Part shown: positions 42,955 to 53,681 of the stretch, one piece after another | Position numbering within the stretch: the stretch's first letter is position 1 | How the letters are laid out: the number at the start of each line of letters is the position of its first letter | From: Methanobacteriota archaeon | GTDB taxonomy: Archaea; Methanobacteriota; Methanobacteria; Methanobacteriales; Methanobacteriaceae | NCBI GenBank assembly: GCA_963787255.1 | Contig: CAWBCJ010000029.1 | Span: 384,001-448,000 of the forward strand | Direction: 5' to 3' | DNA length: 64,000 nt | The notes under the pieces: model-generated | Told to the model about the DNA's origin: nothing | Seen by the model: the letters and a program-made list of their open reading frames with translations, nothing else | Databases searched by the model: none | Position numbers and translations under genes: made by a program

Positions 42955-43722
42955 TTATTTTTGCTTAATAACGAAACTGCAGTATTCGTCTCCTTTAGCA
43001 TAGCATTTAACTTCGTCAACACATACTTCATGGCCGAAATATTCTGTAAATATTGTTTTTAAAATACCAGAATCGAATGCACATGCAGATCTACCAATTT
43101 TAGGCAGATCTTCACACTCAAAACAGTCGTAAGCGTTTATTACTAATGGATCAACACTTTTAACTTCAATTCTTCCCAATTTATTGTTTTCCCAAAATTC
43201 AGCAATATTTTCAACAAATTTATCCAATTTTTCAGCTTTAAGATCAGTATACAATGTTTTTCCAATACTTATACCTGCATCATGCAGCAATGGATCAATA
43301 TTAATCCCTTCTTTAAGCAAAGCTACTCTTATTGTTCTAAATAACAGGCGGTAAAATTCAAAGGGGTTTTTATAATCCGAAAGTGTAAATGATAAGTCGA
43401 TTTTTTTTTCATCCAGTTCTTTTTGAGTTGAAACGCCGCCTAAATATCTTGATTTTATATAAAATATTTTTCTCCTGCGGTCTTTTGGATCTGGCTTTTC
43501 ACCAATTATTCCTTCATCAACAAGAGCTTGTAGATGCTCTGAAACGGTTGATTTTGATTTACCAGTATGTTGTACAATTTTATCAAAATTCATCTCATTA
43601 TCTTTTAGCAGAGAAACAATTTTGGCCTTCATAGGACTTTTTATTATATTTATACCGTTATCTGTAGAGAAAAATTCAACATTGGTTTTTTGTTCTCCTT
43701 TTTCTACTTTTTTTGGCACCAC
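42955..43722 (-). CDS. msvR: MsvR-type redox-sensing regulator (ArsR HTH + V4R)
   Basis: KSKSTVSEHL HTH, D.RRKIF, CFEC..CAFDSG..E.KC.A.G..YC; divergent from fprA-rubrerythrin as in Methanothermobacter. Confidence 0.85.
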   Translation of the reverse strand: MVPKKVEKGEQKTNVEFFSTDNGINIIKSPMKAKIVSLLKDNEMNFDKIVQHTGKSKSTVSEHLQALVDEGIIGEKPDPKDRRRKIFYIKSRYLGGVSTQKELDEKKIDLSFTLSDYKNPFEFYRLLFRTIRVALLKEGINIDPLLHDAGISIGKTLYTDLKAEKLDKFVENIAEFWENNKLGRIEVKSVDPLVINAYDCFECEDLPKIGRSACAFDSGILKTIFTEYFGHEVCVDEVKCYAKGDEYCSFVIKQK

Positions 43723-43765
43723 TTTTTTAACCTCGTACTAATATTGAACATCATTCGATATAATT

Positions 43766-43861
43766 GTTCGGAAATATAGGTACATTCGGGTAAATCCGAA
43801 CAGAAAAATATATATACAATTAGTTCGGATATAACCATACATTCGCAAGAAACCAAACAGA
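43766..43861. promoter_or_regulatory. MsvR operator boxes flanking the fprA TATA box
   Basis: TTCG-N8-CGAA at 43785-43800; the unit GTTCGGA..TACATTCG..AACAGA occurs twice, on either side of ATATATATA. Confidence 0.75.
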
Positions 43862-43879
43862 TAATTGGAGGATTAAGTT

Positions 43880-45100
43880 ATGAAAGCAGAGTCAATAAAA
43901 ATTGGAGAAGGAACTTATTGGGTAGGTGTTTTGGACTGGGACATTAGAACATATCACGGTTACACACTTAACGGGACAAGTTATAACGCTTATATGGTAT
44001 TTGGAGAAGATAAAGTAGCTTTAATAGATAACTCATATCCTGGAACCTTTCCTGAAATGATGGCACGAATAGAAGATGCCCTAAAAAAAGAGGGAAGATC
44101 AAAAATTGACGTAATTGTGCAAAACCACGTTGAAAAGGATCACAGTGGGCTTTTACCAGAATTACATAAAAAATATCCAGAAGCACCAGTATACTGTACT
44201 AAAATTGCTGTAGAAGGGCTAAAAAAGCACTTTCCGGCAGTTTCAGATGTTAATTTCATTACAGTAGGTACCGGTGAGACATTAGATTTAGGAGGAAAGA
44301 CTCTTGCATTCTTAGAAGCATTTTTACTGCACTGGCCGGACAGTATGTTTACTTTACTTGCTGAAGAAGGCATATTATTCCCTAACGACGCATTTGGTCA
44401 GCATTTATGCTTTGCACAACGTTATGACCATGAAATACCAGAATACGTGCTCATGGAAGGTGCAAAAAAGTTTTATGCTAACCTGATAACTCCATTATCT
44501 AAACTAGTACTTAAAAAATTCCAGGAAGTCCAGGATTTAGGTCTTTTAGAGCAAATTAAGATGATTGCACCATCTCATGGGCAAATATGGACAGATCCAA
44601 TGAAAGTCATAGGCGCCTACAGCGACTGGGCAACAGGAAACTGCAAAGATAAAGTAACAATTATTTACGATACCATGCACGGTTCAACTCAGAAATTGGC
44701 CCATGCATTTGCAGAAGGTGTTATTAGTGAAGGAGTAGACGTAAAAATGTATTATCTCCACGAGGATGAAAGAAGCGAAATCGTGAAGGACATTTTAGAT
44801 AGTAAAGCTATCGCTCTTGGAGCACCTACAATTTATGATGAACCATTCCCAAGTGTAGGAGACATAATTTACTACCTTAGGGGACTTAAATTCAATAGAA
44901 CAGGTATAGAACGCCTTGCAGTGACATTTGGATCCATGGGCGGCCAAGGTGGAGCTCCAAAAACTCTTGCCGAAGATTTAAAAACATGTGGATTCAATGT
45001 GAAAGACCAGTATGAAGTTTACTATGTCCCTAATGCAGATGAACTGGAACAGTGCTTCCAAACAGGTAAAAAACTAGCTCAAGAGATTAAAAAACTCTAA
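43880..45100 (+). CDS. fprA: flavodiiron protein (F420H2 oxidase FprA)
   Basis: [30 protein letters not shown] flavodoxin motif. Confidence 0.95.
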   Translation: MKAESIKIGEGTYWVGVLDWDIRTYHGYTLNGTSYNAYMVFGEDKVALIDNSYPGTFPEMMARIEDALKKEGRSKIDVIVQNHVEKDHSGLLPELHKKYPEAPVYCTKIAVEGLKKHFPAVSDVNFITVGTGETLDLGGKTLAFLEAFLLHWPDSMFTLLAEEGILFPNDAFGQHLCFAQRYDHEIPEYVLMEGAKKFYANLITPLSKLVLKKFQEVQDLGLLEQIKMIAPSHGQIWTDPMKVIGAYSDWATGNCKDKVTIIYDTMHGSTQKLAHAFAEGVISEGVDVKMYYLHEDERSEIVKDILDSKAIALGAPTIYDEPFPSVGDIIYYLRGLKFNRTGIERLAVTFGSMGGQGGAPKTLAEDLKTCGFNVKDQYEVYYVPNADELEQCFQTGKKLAQEIKKL

Positions 45101-45147
45101 AAATTAGTCTAATCAAAAAAAATAAAAGTATTTAGGAGGAATTAATT

Positions 45148-45564
45148 ATGGAAATAATAAACGAACATCAGATTGGAATTTGTAAAGGAACAGATTTAGA
45201 AAAAGCAGTACAGGCCAACTTCAATGGTGAATGCCAGGAAGTAGGAATGTATCTGGCAATGGCAAGACTAGCACAAAGAGAAGGAATGCCAGAAGTAGCA
45301 GAAGTGCTTAAAACAATTGCCTGGGAAGAAGCAGAGCACGCATCCCATTTTGCTGAAATGAACGGCGTAATTAAACCTTCACTTAAAGAAAACCTGGAAA
45401 TGATGATTGAAGGCGAAACAATGGCCAATAATGAGAAAAAAGCAGCAGCTAAACTGGCCAAAGAGTGTGATATTGACCCTGCACATGATTTCTTTGATGA
45501 AAGTTCCAGGGACGAAGGTAGACACGCTAAAATGTTACAAGGGATTTTGGAGAGATACTTTTAA
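45148..45564 (+). CDS. rubrerythrin-like (ferritin-fold) protein
   Basis: GECQE..MY, AQREG, EEAEHA, GE, DEGRH diiron ligands. Confidence 0.9.
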   Translation: MEIINEHQIGICKGTDLEKAVQANFNGECQEVGMYLAMARLAQREGMPEVAEVLKTIAWEEAEHASHFAEMNGVIKPSLKENLEMMIEGETMANNEKKAAAKLAKECDIDPAHDFFDESSRDEGRHAKMLQGILERYF

Positions 45565-45679
45565 GTTTTGTCGTTGCTTACTACCCCTCCACCTCTCCTT
45601 TCCCTTTTTTAATTCTTTAAGGTGGATTTACATCGCGTTTTGCTCATTAATTGCGTTAAAAATAAACTATTTAAATCAA

Positions 45680-46453
45680 TTATTCACTTTTTTCTATAAC
45701 AAAACAGCAGTATTTATCGCCCATGGCGTAACATTTTGTTTCGTCAACCTTTCTTTTATCCTTAAAATAAGCCGAAAATAGTGCTTTTAAAATACCAGAA
45801 TCGAATGCACAGGCCGGTTTTCCAAGATAAGGCAAATGTCTGCATTCGTAACATTCAGAAACATTAATTACCAATGGATCAAGGCTCTGCACTTCTACAT
45901 CACCCAGATAATGTGTTTCCCAGAACCCTGCGATATTTTGCAGGAATTTAGTTATATCGGGATCATATACTCTTTCATAAAGTGCTTTGCCCACATTTAT
46001 ACCTGCTTCGTGAAGTATGGGGTCAATATTTACTCCCTGACTAATTAAACCAACCCTTATGGTTTTAAACATTAATCTGAAAAATTCAAATGGGTCTCCA
46101 TCACTCATAACGTAACTAGATACGTAATCTTCGATATCATCACCTAATTTTTTCTCCCTGGATAAATCGCCTAAATATTCAGAGCTTATGAAAAATATTT
46201 TCTTTCGTGCGTCTTTAGGGTCTGGTTTGGAATCAATTATTCCTTCAGTTATCAGCTTTTTCAGGTGAACGGATACTGTAGATTTTGCTTTTCCAGATAA
46301 TTCCACTATCTGGTCAAAACTTAGCTCTCCTTCCCTGAGCATTGATAATATTTTAGTTTTTACAGGGCTATCTATGGCTCGAACACCTTTTGATGTTGCA
46401 AAAAGTTCTATTTGCGTGTTTTCGTAATCTTTTTTTTCATTCATATCATTCAT
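45680..46453 (-). CDS. second MsvR-type regulator (ArsR HTH + V4R)
   Basis: [32 protein letters not shown]; clearly paralogous to 42955..43722. Confidence 0.88.
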   Translation of the reverse strand: MNDMNEKKDYENTQIELFATSKGVRAIDSPVKTKILSMLREGELSFDQIVELSGKAKSTVSVHLKKLITEGIIDSKPDPKDARKKIFFISSEYLGDLSREKKLGDDIEDYVSSYVMSDGDPFEFFRLMFKTIRVGLISQGVNIDPILHEAGINVGKALYERVYDPDITKFLQNIAGFWETHYLGDVEVQSLDPLVINVSECYECRHLPYLGKPACAFDSGILKALFSAYFKDKRKVDETKCYAMGDKYCCFVIEKSE

Positions 46454-46597
46454 TAGAATATTTCTCTCACATTTTTGGTTTTGAACGATTTATAATCATT
46501 ATTCAGCTTGGAGGTCATTTCTATCCATTTTTTTTATTTAATTATTCTTGTGATCTGGCTGGTTAAAACTATGATCACAGTAACTTATATATACTAC

Positions 46598-46635
46598 TGT
46601 TCGTATACAATAAAACATTCGTAATTGGACGAACG
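46598..46635. promoter_or_regulatory. MsvR-type operator in the hcp promoter
   Basis: GTTCG-N8-AAAAC followed by ATTCG-N8-CGAAC (46617-46634), just downstream of TTATATA. Confidence 0.75.
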
Positions 46636-46656
46636 TTAAAATATTGGAGGAATGTT

Positions 46657-48020
46657 ATGAAACTATTTAGAAGGAATAATTCGCAATCAGAAGGATGCGG
46701 GAATTCAATGCCCGTTGAAGAAAAATTGGACATGTTCTGTTATCAATGCTCCCAAACAGCAAAAGGAACCGGCTGTACAGTAAGAGGAGTATGTGGAAAA
46801 GAGCCAACAGTCGCAAGACTCCAAGATAATCTTTTATTTGCAATTAAAGGGATATCAGCTTACCTTTACCACGCAAGAGAATTAGGTTACACAGATCCAG
46901 AAGTTGATGGATTTTTAGAAAGGGGATTTTACTGCTACACTAACCAATGTAAATCAGGATGCAGGTGAATTCGTTAAACTGGCTCTTGAAGCTGGTGAAA
47001 TGAACATAAAAACAATGCAGCTTCTAAAGAAAGCACATATAGAGACTTATGGCGAACCAGAACCAACAGAGGTAAGCACAGGAACCAAAAAAGGCCATGC
47101 AATTGTTGCAACTGGACACAGCCTAAAAGCACTATATGAACTATTAAAACAAACTGAAGGAACTGGAATTAATGTTTACACTCATTCAGAGCTTCTACCC
47201 GCACATGGATACCCTGAATTTAAAAAATTCGACCATCTTGTTGGCCAGCTTGGAGGTCCATGGTTCGATCAAAGAACAACATTTTCCAAATATCCTGTTG
47301 CAATTCTTAGGAACATCAAACTGTGTATTAACACCTAAAGATGATTACAAAGAAAGAATGTTCACATCAGGAGTAGCACAATTACCTGGAGTACAACACA
47401 TTGAAAACTATGATTTCACACCTTTAATTGAAAAGGCAAAATCATTACCAGAACTAGAAGAAGAAGCAGGAGAAAAAGTATTCACAACTGGATTTGGAGC
47501 TTCAACAGTACTTTCACTCGCACCAAAAATAAAAGAACTGGTAGAAGCTGGAAAAATCAGAAGATTCTTTGTTGTTGGCGGATGCGACTCACCATTACCT
47601 AAAACACAGTATTACCGGGAATTTGTACAGAACTTACCAGAAGACACAGTCGTATTAACCCTAGCATGTGGTAAATACAGATTCAATGACCTTGTACTTG
47701 GAGATATCGAAGGAATTCCAAGATTAATAGATTTAGGGCAGTGTAACGACGCAATAGTTGGAATTGACATTGTAGCAGCTTTATCTGAACTCTTCGGCCT
47801 TGAAATAAACGATCTTCCTCTGACATTTGTTTTAAGCTGGATGGAACAAAAAGCAGCAGCAATACTGTGGAGCCTACTAGCACTGGGAATTAAAGGAATT
47901 TACCTTGGCCCAATTGTCCCTGCATGGATAAACGAGGATATTTTAAACGTTCTTGTTGAAAACTACGATATCAAGACACTTGGAGATCCGCAAGAGGATA
48001 TTAAGGCAATCTTAGGATAA
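46657..48020 (+). CDS. hcp: hybrid cluster protein, short (class III-like) form, interrupted by two 1-nt frameshifts (~46935, ~47305)
   Basis: [57 protein letters not shown] across three overlapping ORFs. Confidence 0.9.
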
Positions 48021-48083
48021 TTTCCTTTCTTATTTTTTAATTTAAGGAAATTATTTTTCTATAAGTAATTTAAAAAGGGATGA

Positions 48084-48105
48084 TGGTGAAAATTCATCTT
48101 CACCA
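48084..48105. terminator. hairpin between convergent hcp and oxidoreductase genes
   Basis: TGGTGAA-AATTCATC-TTCACCA flanked by A-rich and T-rich runs. Confidence 0.45.
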
Positions 48106-48109
48106 CTTT

Positions 48110-49465
48110 TTAATCCTCATTTATTTCTTTCAATTTATCGCAGGCATCTTCAGCAGCAAGAATTATGGGATCTATAACCATGGAAACGGGTGGAGCATAT
48201 GAAAATTCCATTGCTGCCAACTCTGAGCATGTAATGTCCTTTGCTATTGCTAGAGACATTGTATCTATCCTTTCAGCTACTCTCTCTTCTGCAATTATCT
48301 GGCAGCCGATAATCCTGCCTTTAAGATCGCATATTATTTTTACATCGATCCTTTTTGCTCCAGGGTAATAACGTGCTTTAGTAAGCGCTTTACTCTTTCC
48401 AGAAATCACTTCTATACCGTTTTGAAGTGCAAAAGTCCTTGTAACTCCCACTGCACCAAATTCAAGGTTTCCAATCTTTGAAACCATTGAATTTAACACC
48501 GGTTTGAATTCGGCTTTTATACCTGCGATGTTTTTGGAAGCAATTTTACCCTGCCTTACAGCAGCTGTTCCGAGTGGAGATTGGGTATTATGGCCAGTTA
48601 TAGCGTCAATTACTTCTACACAGTCTCCAACAGCATATATGTTAGGTACGGAAGTTTGCATCCTTTCATTTACAATAATTGCCCATTTTCCAAGTTCGCA
48701 CCCTGCCATCTTTGCAAGTTTAGTTTGAGGCCTTACCCCTGTGGCCATTATCACCATATCTGCATCCAGAGTTTCATCTCCAATAATAATACCTTCGACA
48801 TGTTCTTTCCCAACTATTTTTTCAAGTGGCTTTCCAAGTAGAACGTTAATACTCTCTTTTTCCATATAATTTTGAACAATTTCTGCCATGCTTGGATCTA
48901 ATGATCTCGGAACGATCTGGGGCACCATTTCGATTACAGTAACTTCAAGACCTATTTTCATAAGCCCATAAGCAGTTTCAAGACCTATTAAACCTGCTCC
49001 AATAACAACTACTTTTTTACTTTTTTCGGCATATTCTTTGATTTTAAACCCATCTTCTATGGTTCTAATCTTGAAAACACCTTCTAAATCATTTCCTTTG
49101 ACTGGGGGGATGAAAGAAGTTGCACCGGTTGCTATTACCAGATAATCGTAGGTTAATTCTTTCTCATCTGGGTTATCTTCACTTATTAATCTGTATTTTA
49201 TCTTATTTTTTTCACTATCAACTTTAAAGACTTCTGCACGAGTTATAATATTGATGTCCCTTTCAAGGTAATCTTCAGGTTGATGCATTATGATATCATC
49301 GAAACATTCAACTTCCCCACATAAAACATAGGGTATTGCACATGGGGAGTATGCAATGTGTTTATCCATTGTTATCACGGTTATTTCCGCGTTTTTATCG
49401 TATTTTCTCATGTTTGAAGCAGCGGTTAGCCCTCCAGCTCCGCCCCCTATTATGACGATATTCAT
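48110..49465 (-). CDS. NADH oxidase / CoA-disulfide reductase family flavoprotein
   Basis: GGGAGG, YSPCAIPY redox Cys, GAGLIGLE, YAVGDC, YAPP. Confidence 0.9.
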   Translation of the reverse strand: MNIVIIGGGAGGLTAASNMRKYDKNAEITVITMDKHIAYSPCAIPYVLCGEVECFDDIIMHQPEDYLERDINIITRAEVFKVDSEKNKIKYRLISEDNPDEKELTYDYLVIATGATSFIPPVKGNDLEGVFKIRTIEDGFKIKEYAEKSKKVVVIGAGLIGLETAYGLMKIGLEVTVIEMVPQIVPRSLDPSMAEIVQNYMEKESINVLLGKPLEKIVGKEHVEGIIIGDETLDADMVIMATGVRPQTKLAKMAGCELGKWAIIVNERMQTSVPNIYAVGDCVEVIDAITGHNTQSPLGTAAVRQGKIASKNIAGIKAEFKPVLNSMVSKIGNLEFGAVGVTRTFALQNGIEVISGKSKALTKARYYPGAKRIDVKIICDLKGRIIGCQIIAEERVAERIDTMSLAIAKDITCSELAAMEFSYAPPVSMVIDPIILAAEDACDKLKEINED

Positions 49466-49617
49466 TTATTTTTTTCTCCTTTTGGAATTAAATTCCATGA
49501 TTTTTTGTAATTTCTGTAGAGTTAATATAATTTTGTATGAAATTATTGATTTGATCATACTTTTAATTTTTTTTGTTTGATTTTAGAAGAATTTATATGC
49601 TACTTCAGACATTTTTA

Positions 49618-49641
49618 ATATATCGATATATTTGGATATAT
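49618..49641. promoter_or_regulatory. putative ArsR operator upstream of arsM
   Basis: Inverted repeat ATATATC-N10-GATATAT downstream of TTTATAT (49592-49598). Confidence 0.5.
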
Positions 49642-49663
49642 AGAATTAATTAAATTTCAAAAG

Positions 49664-50434
49664 GTGCCTATAATGAAGGAAAAAGAAATTAAAGAATTTG
49701 TAAAGGAAAGATACTCAAAAATAGCATCTAAAGAAGAACAATCTTGTTGCTCATCATGTTCCTGTGGGTCTGATTTAGTGATTGAACAAGCTAAATCTGC
49801 AGGTTATACTATGGAAGACCTCAAAAGCATACCTGAAGACGCTATTTTCGGACTCGGATGTGGAAACCCTACAGCACTTGCAGAATTAAAAGAAGGTGAA
49901 ACAGTTTTAGACCTTGGATCCGGTGGAGGAATAGACGTTTTTCTTGCAGCAAACAAAGTAGGCGAAACTGGAAAGGTCATCGGAGTTGATATAACTGAAG
50001 AAATGGTGAAAAATGCCAATGAAAATGCTCGTGAAGGTAATTATCAAAATGTTGAGTTTAAACTAGGTGAAATAGAAAATTTACCCATTGATGATAATTC
50101 AATCGATGTTATAATAAGTAATTGCGTCATTAACCTTACACTTGATAAATTAGCTGCTTATAAAGAATCTTTCAGGGTTTTAAAGCCAAAAGGACGTATT
50201 TTAGTTTCAGACATTGTAACTGAGGGAGAACTTCCCGAAGATATAAGAAAAAGTTTCAAAGCATGGTCTGAATGTATTGCAGGTGCTATGGAAAAACAGC
50301 CATATCTTGATACAATAAAAAAAGCAGGATTCACTGATATTGAAATTGTTGAGCAGCACTATTTTACAGAGCCCGGTATGGATGAGCGATTAATAAGCAA
50401 AATAACAAGCATTCAAGTTAAAGCTAGTAAATAG
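49664..50434 (+). CDS. arsM: arsenite S-adenosylmethionine methyltransferase
   Basis: CCSSCSC, GLGCGNP, DLGSGGG, SNCVINL, WSECIAGA. Confidence 0.92.
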   Translation: MPIMKEKEIKEFVKERYSKIASKEEQSCCSSCSCGSDLVIEQAKSAGYTMEDLKSIPEDAIFGLGCGNPTALAELKEGETVLDLGSGGGIDVFLAANKVGETGKVIGVDITEEMVKNANENAREGNYQNVEFKLGEIENLPIDDNSIDVIISNCVINLTLDKLAAYKESFRVLKPKGRILVSDIVTEGELPEDIRKSFKAWSECIAGAMEKQPYLDTIKKAGFTDIEIVEQHYFTEPGMDERLISKITSIQVKASK

Positions 50435-50681
50435 GAGAGATGTAAAGGAATTTTTTTTTCCAGCTAAAAAATTCTCATACATGATGTACAAGTATATGGA
50501 AGATAATAAATGCGGGTGTAGATGTGAAGATGAATAATATGTGAATGAATTATCTAAAAATAATCAGGATGAACCAGAAGAAGCTACAGAATACGTGGCC
50601 TCATAATAACTCATGAATTAGGTCCAATACAAAAAATTTCAGCTATATTCGTCAGTATAGTAAATTTATCAAGGTGATTTT

Positions 50682-51038
50682 GTGAAAACATGTGAAATTA
50701 CAGGCCAAGGAGAACCCTGTAATGACCAGATTAAAAAATTGAAAAAAAATTTAGATAAAATACCAGATTATGAAGGATTAGAAAATATATCAGAACGATT
50801 TAAAGCAATTTCTGATCCAACAAGACTTAAAATATTGTATCTACTTCAAAATGGAGAATTATGCGTTTGTGAAATAAATACTGCTCTTGAAAAGCCCCAA
50901 TCCACCATTTCCCATCATTTAAATGTGCTTAAAAATGCGGGTTTTATCAAAGGACGAAAAGACGGGCTCTGGATACACTATAAATTATCAAATTCTTCAA
51001 TAATTGAATTAATAGAAAAAATACTGGAAATAATTTAA
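50682..51038 (+). CDS. arsR: ArsR/SmtB family repressor
   Basis: DPTRLKIL, ELCVCEI, QSTISHHL, G.WIHY. Confidence 0.9.
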   Translation: MKTCEITGQGEPCNDQIKKLKKNLDKIPDYEGLENISERFKAISDPTRLKILYLLQNGELCVCEINTALEKPQSTISHHLNVLKNAGFIKGRKDGLWIHYKLSNSSIIELIEKILEII

Positions 51039-51064
51039 ACATAATTAAAAAGGAGACTTTTATT

Positions 51065-51439
51065 GTGGATTTTGAAAAAATTTCAATTTGTCCATGTAAT
51101 GGGATGAGCCCCTACGGACTGATTGCCCGTGCAGCATGTTCAGATATAGTAGAAGAGTCATCAAACTTAATTTCCATATGCATTACCGCCACTTCTGCTG
51201 ATAAAGAGGGTTTTAAAGATATAATTAAAAAGTACCCCATAGTCGCAGTTAATGGCTGCGAACACCAGTGTGTGGATAAAATAATGGAAAATAAAGGAGT
51301 TAAAATGGCCAAGAGTATGAATGTCATGGGTCCTCTCCAGGAAAAGAACCTTCAACCAGGAGAAGTCGCTCGACTGGGCGAATCCGGCGAAGAATGCGTG
51401 GTAGAAATTAAAAAGAAGATTAAGGAATTAATAGAATAA
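51065..51439 (+). CDS. DGC-domain putative zinc-binding protein
   Basis: CPCNG, SICI, AVNGCEHQCV. Confidence 0.75.
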   Translation: MDFEKISICPCNGMSPYGLIARAACSDIVEESSNLISICITATSADKEGFKDIIKKYPIVAVNGCEHQCVDKIMENKGVKMAKSMNVMGPLQEKNLQPGEVARLGESGEECVVEIKKKIKELIE

Positions 51440-51461
51440 TTTAATAGTTCATGATGATGCC

Positions 51462-51872
51462 ATGTCCAAGAAAAAAGTCCTATTTATCTGCAAAAATAAC
51501 TCTGGCCGATCTCAAATAGCCGAAGGTCTCTTAAAACACATTCATGGAGATAAATATGACGTATACAGTGCAGGAATTGACCCTAGAGAGATTAACCCCA
51601 TAACCATTGAAGTAATGGCCGAAATTGGAATTAATATCTCTAATCATTCATCCCAGCATCTTAAAGAATTCCAGGGGCAAGAATTTGGCTATGTGGTAAC
51701 TCTCTGCGGGAATGATGATGAATCATGCCCGGTATTTTTAGGTGGCGAAAAATATATTCATCAAGGATTTAAGGATCCTGTCACCTACATTGATGCTAAT
51801 ATGGAAAAAATAGACGTTTTTAGAATTATTAGAGATGAAATTAAGGAATGGATTGAAAAGAATTTTAAGTAA
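51462..51872 (+). CDS. arsC: thioredoxin-type arsenate reductase (LMWP family)
   Basis: FICKNNSGRSQ P-loop, TLC..ESCP resolving cysteines, DP..F..RDEI. Confidence 0.88.
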   Translation: MSKKKVLFICKNNSGRSQIAEGLLKHIHGDKYDVYSAGIDPREINPITIEVMAEIGINISNHSSQHLKEFQGQEFGYVVTLCGNDDESCPVFLGGEKYIHQGFKDPVTYIDANMEKIDVFRIIRDEIKEWIEKNFK

Positions 51873-51904
51873 TTAGATTATTAAAAACCAAGGAAGTATA
51901 AATC

Positions 51905-52561
51905 ATGTTGAAAATAGCTATTGTAACTGACGGGCCATATGGAGAAAGAGCTTATGAGCATATAAGTAAAGAATTTGATACTGAGTTCATAGAGCTTGAA
52001 CAACCAACTTCAATGTTTGCAGATGATATTGAAATTCCAGAAGACAATATAAAAAAAATTCAGGCTGCTGATATATTGATAACTTATACTTTACATCCTG
52101 ATCTAACTCTTGATCTTGTTGAAATGCTCCATGATAAAGTAGAATGGGTAATAGTGGCTGCATGGAGGGGAGAAGGCTTTAAAAACCAGATTGAAAGGTT
52201 GGGAAATGTTACATGCCCTGAAAACATGTGTGATCTAGAGGAGAATGGTAATCCTATATTTGATGAATTTGTATCCAAGTTTGGAAGGCCTATTGTTCGA
52301 ATTAACTGCCAGGGAGACAAAATAGTTGATATAGAAGTTCTGCGTAGTTCTCCATGTGGATCCACATTTTTTGTTGCAGAAGAGATGATTGGACAGGATT
52401 TAGAGGATTTACCAATTAAAGCAGGTCTTAAGCTGCAGCATTATCCCTGCAGAGCTCCAAAGATGAGATTATTTGCTGATGATGAATGTAAAAAGGAAAT
52501 GGCGGCTAATTTTCATAAAGAAGCCTTTGAAGAAGCAATAGAAAAGAAGAAAGAGAAGTAG
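51905..52561 (+). CDS. DUF166 family protein
   Basis: [38 protein letters not shown]. Confidence 0.8.
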   Translation: MLKIAIVTDGPYGERAYEHISKEFDTEFIELEQPTSMFADDIEIPEDNIKKIQAADILITYTLHPDLTLDLVEMLHDKVEWVIVAAWRGEGFKNQIERLGNVTCPENMCDLEENGNPIFDEFVSKFGRPIVRINCQGDKIVDIEVLRSSPCGSTFFVAEEMIGQDLEDLPIKAGLKLQHYPCRAPKMRLFADDECKKEMAANFHKEAFEEAIEKKKEK

Positions 52562-52562
52562 C

Positions 52563-52754
52563 TTTCCATTAAAAATATCATTTACAGCTGCAAGTAACAA
52601 TTTTGAGCTTGCAATCGCTGTTCAAATTGCAGTTTTTGGAAGAGGATTGGGTACAGCATTTGCAACGGTAATTAGCCATCTAATTGAAGTTCCAGTTTTA
52701 ATAGGCCTTGGAAATGTGGCGTTACATATTCCCGAGACATTATATTTACAATAG
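52563..52754 (+). pseudogene. acr3: 3' remnant of arsenite efflux pump Acr3
   Basis: Start-less frame [44 protein letters not shown] contains the Acr3 signatures [10 protein letters not shown] and EVPVL. Confidence 0.85.
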
Positions 52755-52868
52755 TAACCAATTCCCAATTAAAAAACATTTAGCATTTTTTTTTAAATTA
52801 TTTTAGTTTTGATATGATTTTTCAATATTTTTCATTATTATTCATGGACAATTATTTATTCTAAAAAA

Positions 52869-53255
52869 GTGTATACTAAAACCATGGAAAAGTCAACTCC
52901 TAAAACATTGACTTTAATATTAACTGAGGGCCCATATCGCTCTCAACATGCAGATATAGCACATGAAATTGCTAATAGTGCTCTAAAGAACAAATATAAT
53001 GTAAACATATTTTTATACATGGATGCAACTCACATTCCACGGAAAGGACAGAATCCGCACTCCTTTCCCAATGTGTTAGAAAAATACAGGAGCCTTATAG
53101 ACCAGGGTGCAAATATAAGGGCATGTGTAAGGTGTGCCACTGCAAGAGGATACGCATGCGACGCTAAATTTCCTTATATTAAAGGGATAACTATAACCAG
53201 CGTTTATGACATCCCAGAATGGATTAAAGAGAGTGATAAGGTCATAAGCTTGTAA
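52869..53255 (+). CDS. DsrE/TusD-like sulfurtransferase
   Basis: LTEGPY, IFLYMDA, ACVRCATARG, SDKVISL. Confidence 0.8.
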   Translation: MYTKTMEKSTPKTLTLILTEGPYRSQHADIAHEIANSALKNKYNVNIFLYMDATHIPRKGQNPHSFPNVLEKYRSLIDQGANIRACVRCATARGYACDAKFPYIKGITITSVYDIPEWIKESDKVISL

Positions 53256-53312
53256 TTAAATGTTTAAAATTAATTAGATTTTTATTTCAAAAAAAAGAAG
53301 AAGCTATGAAAA

Positions 53313-53663
53313 ATGAAGTCAGTTTTGATAATAATTGACAGGGCGCCTTACGGCTGGGAAGATGCATTCAGCGGGTTTTTCGTGGAGATAGCTTGCTTAA
53401 ACAGACAACTTGAATGCGACGTTATTTTAATTGAAGATGGCATTTACGCAGCTTTAGATAACCAGGGCTCTGAAGGAATTAAATTTCCAGGTGTTGGAGA
53501 ATTAACATACCTTATTTTTCCTGAAGGAAACATATTTGTTCATAAAGGCTCACTTAAAGAAAGGGGAGTTAATGAATCTGATTTAATGGAAACAGTTGAT
53601 ATTATTAATGATGAGGAGATTTATGGAATTATTAAATCTAAAGAGGCAGTAATAAGGATTTAA
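53313..53663 (+). CDS. DsrF/TusC-like protein
   Basis: IIDRAPYG, LIEDGIY, SLKERG. Confidence 0.8.
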   Translation: MKSVLIIIDRAPYGWEDAFSGFFVEIACLNRQLECDVILIEDGIYAALDNQGSEGIKFPGVGELTYLIFPEGNIFVHKGSLKERGVNESDLMETVDIINDEEIYGIIKSKEAVIRI

Positions 53664-53681
53664 TAAATTCGAGGAATTTAA

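Noticed and set aside
46930-47320. Programmed frameshifting or phase variation in hcp
   Set aside because: No slippery heptamer or long repeat at the shifts; the same single-insertion pattern hits several unrelated genes, pointing to consensus error
50435-50640. Tiny Cys-containing frame MEDNKCGCRCEDE* between arsM and arsR
   Set aside because: Too short and interrupted to assign; at most a remnant
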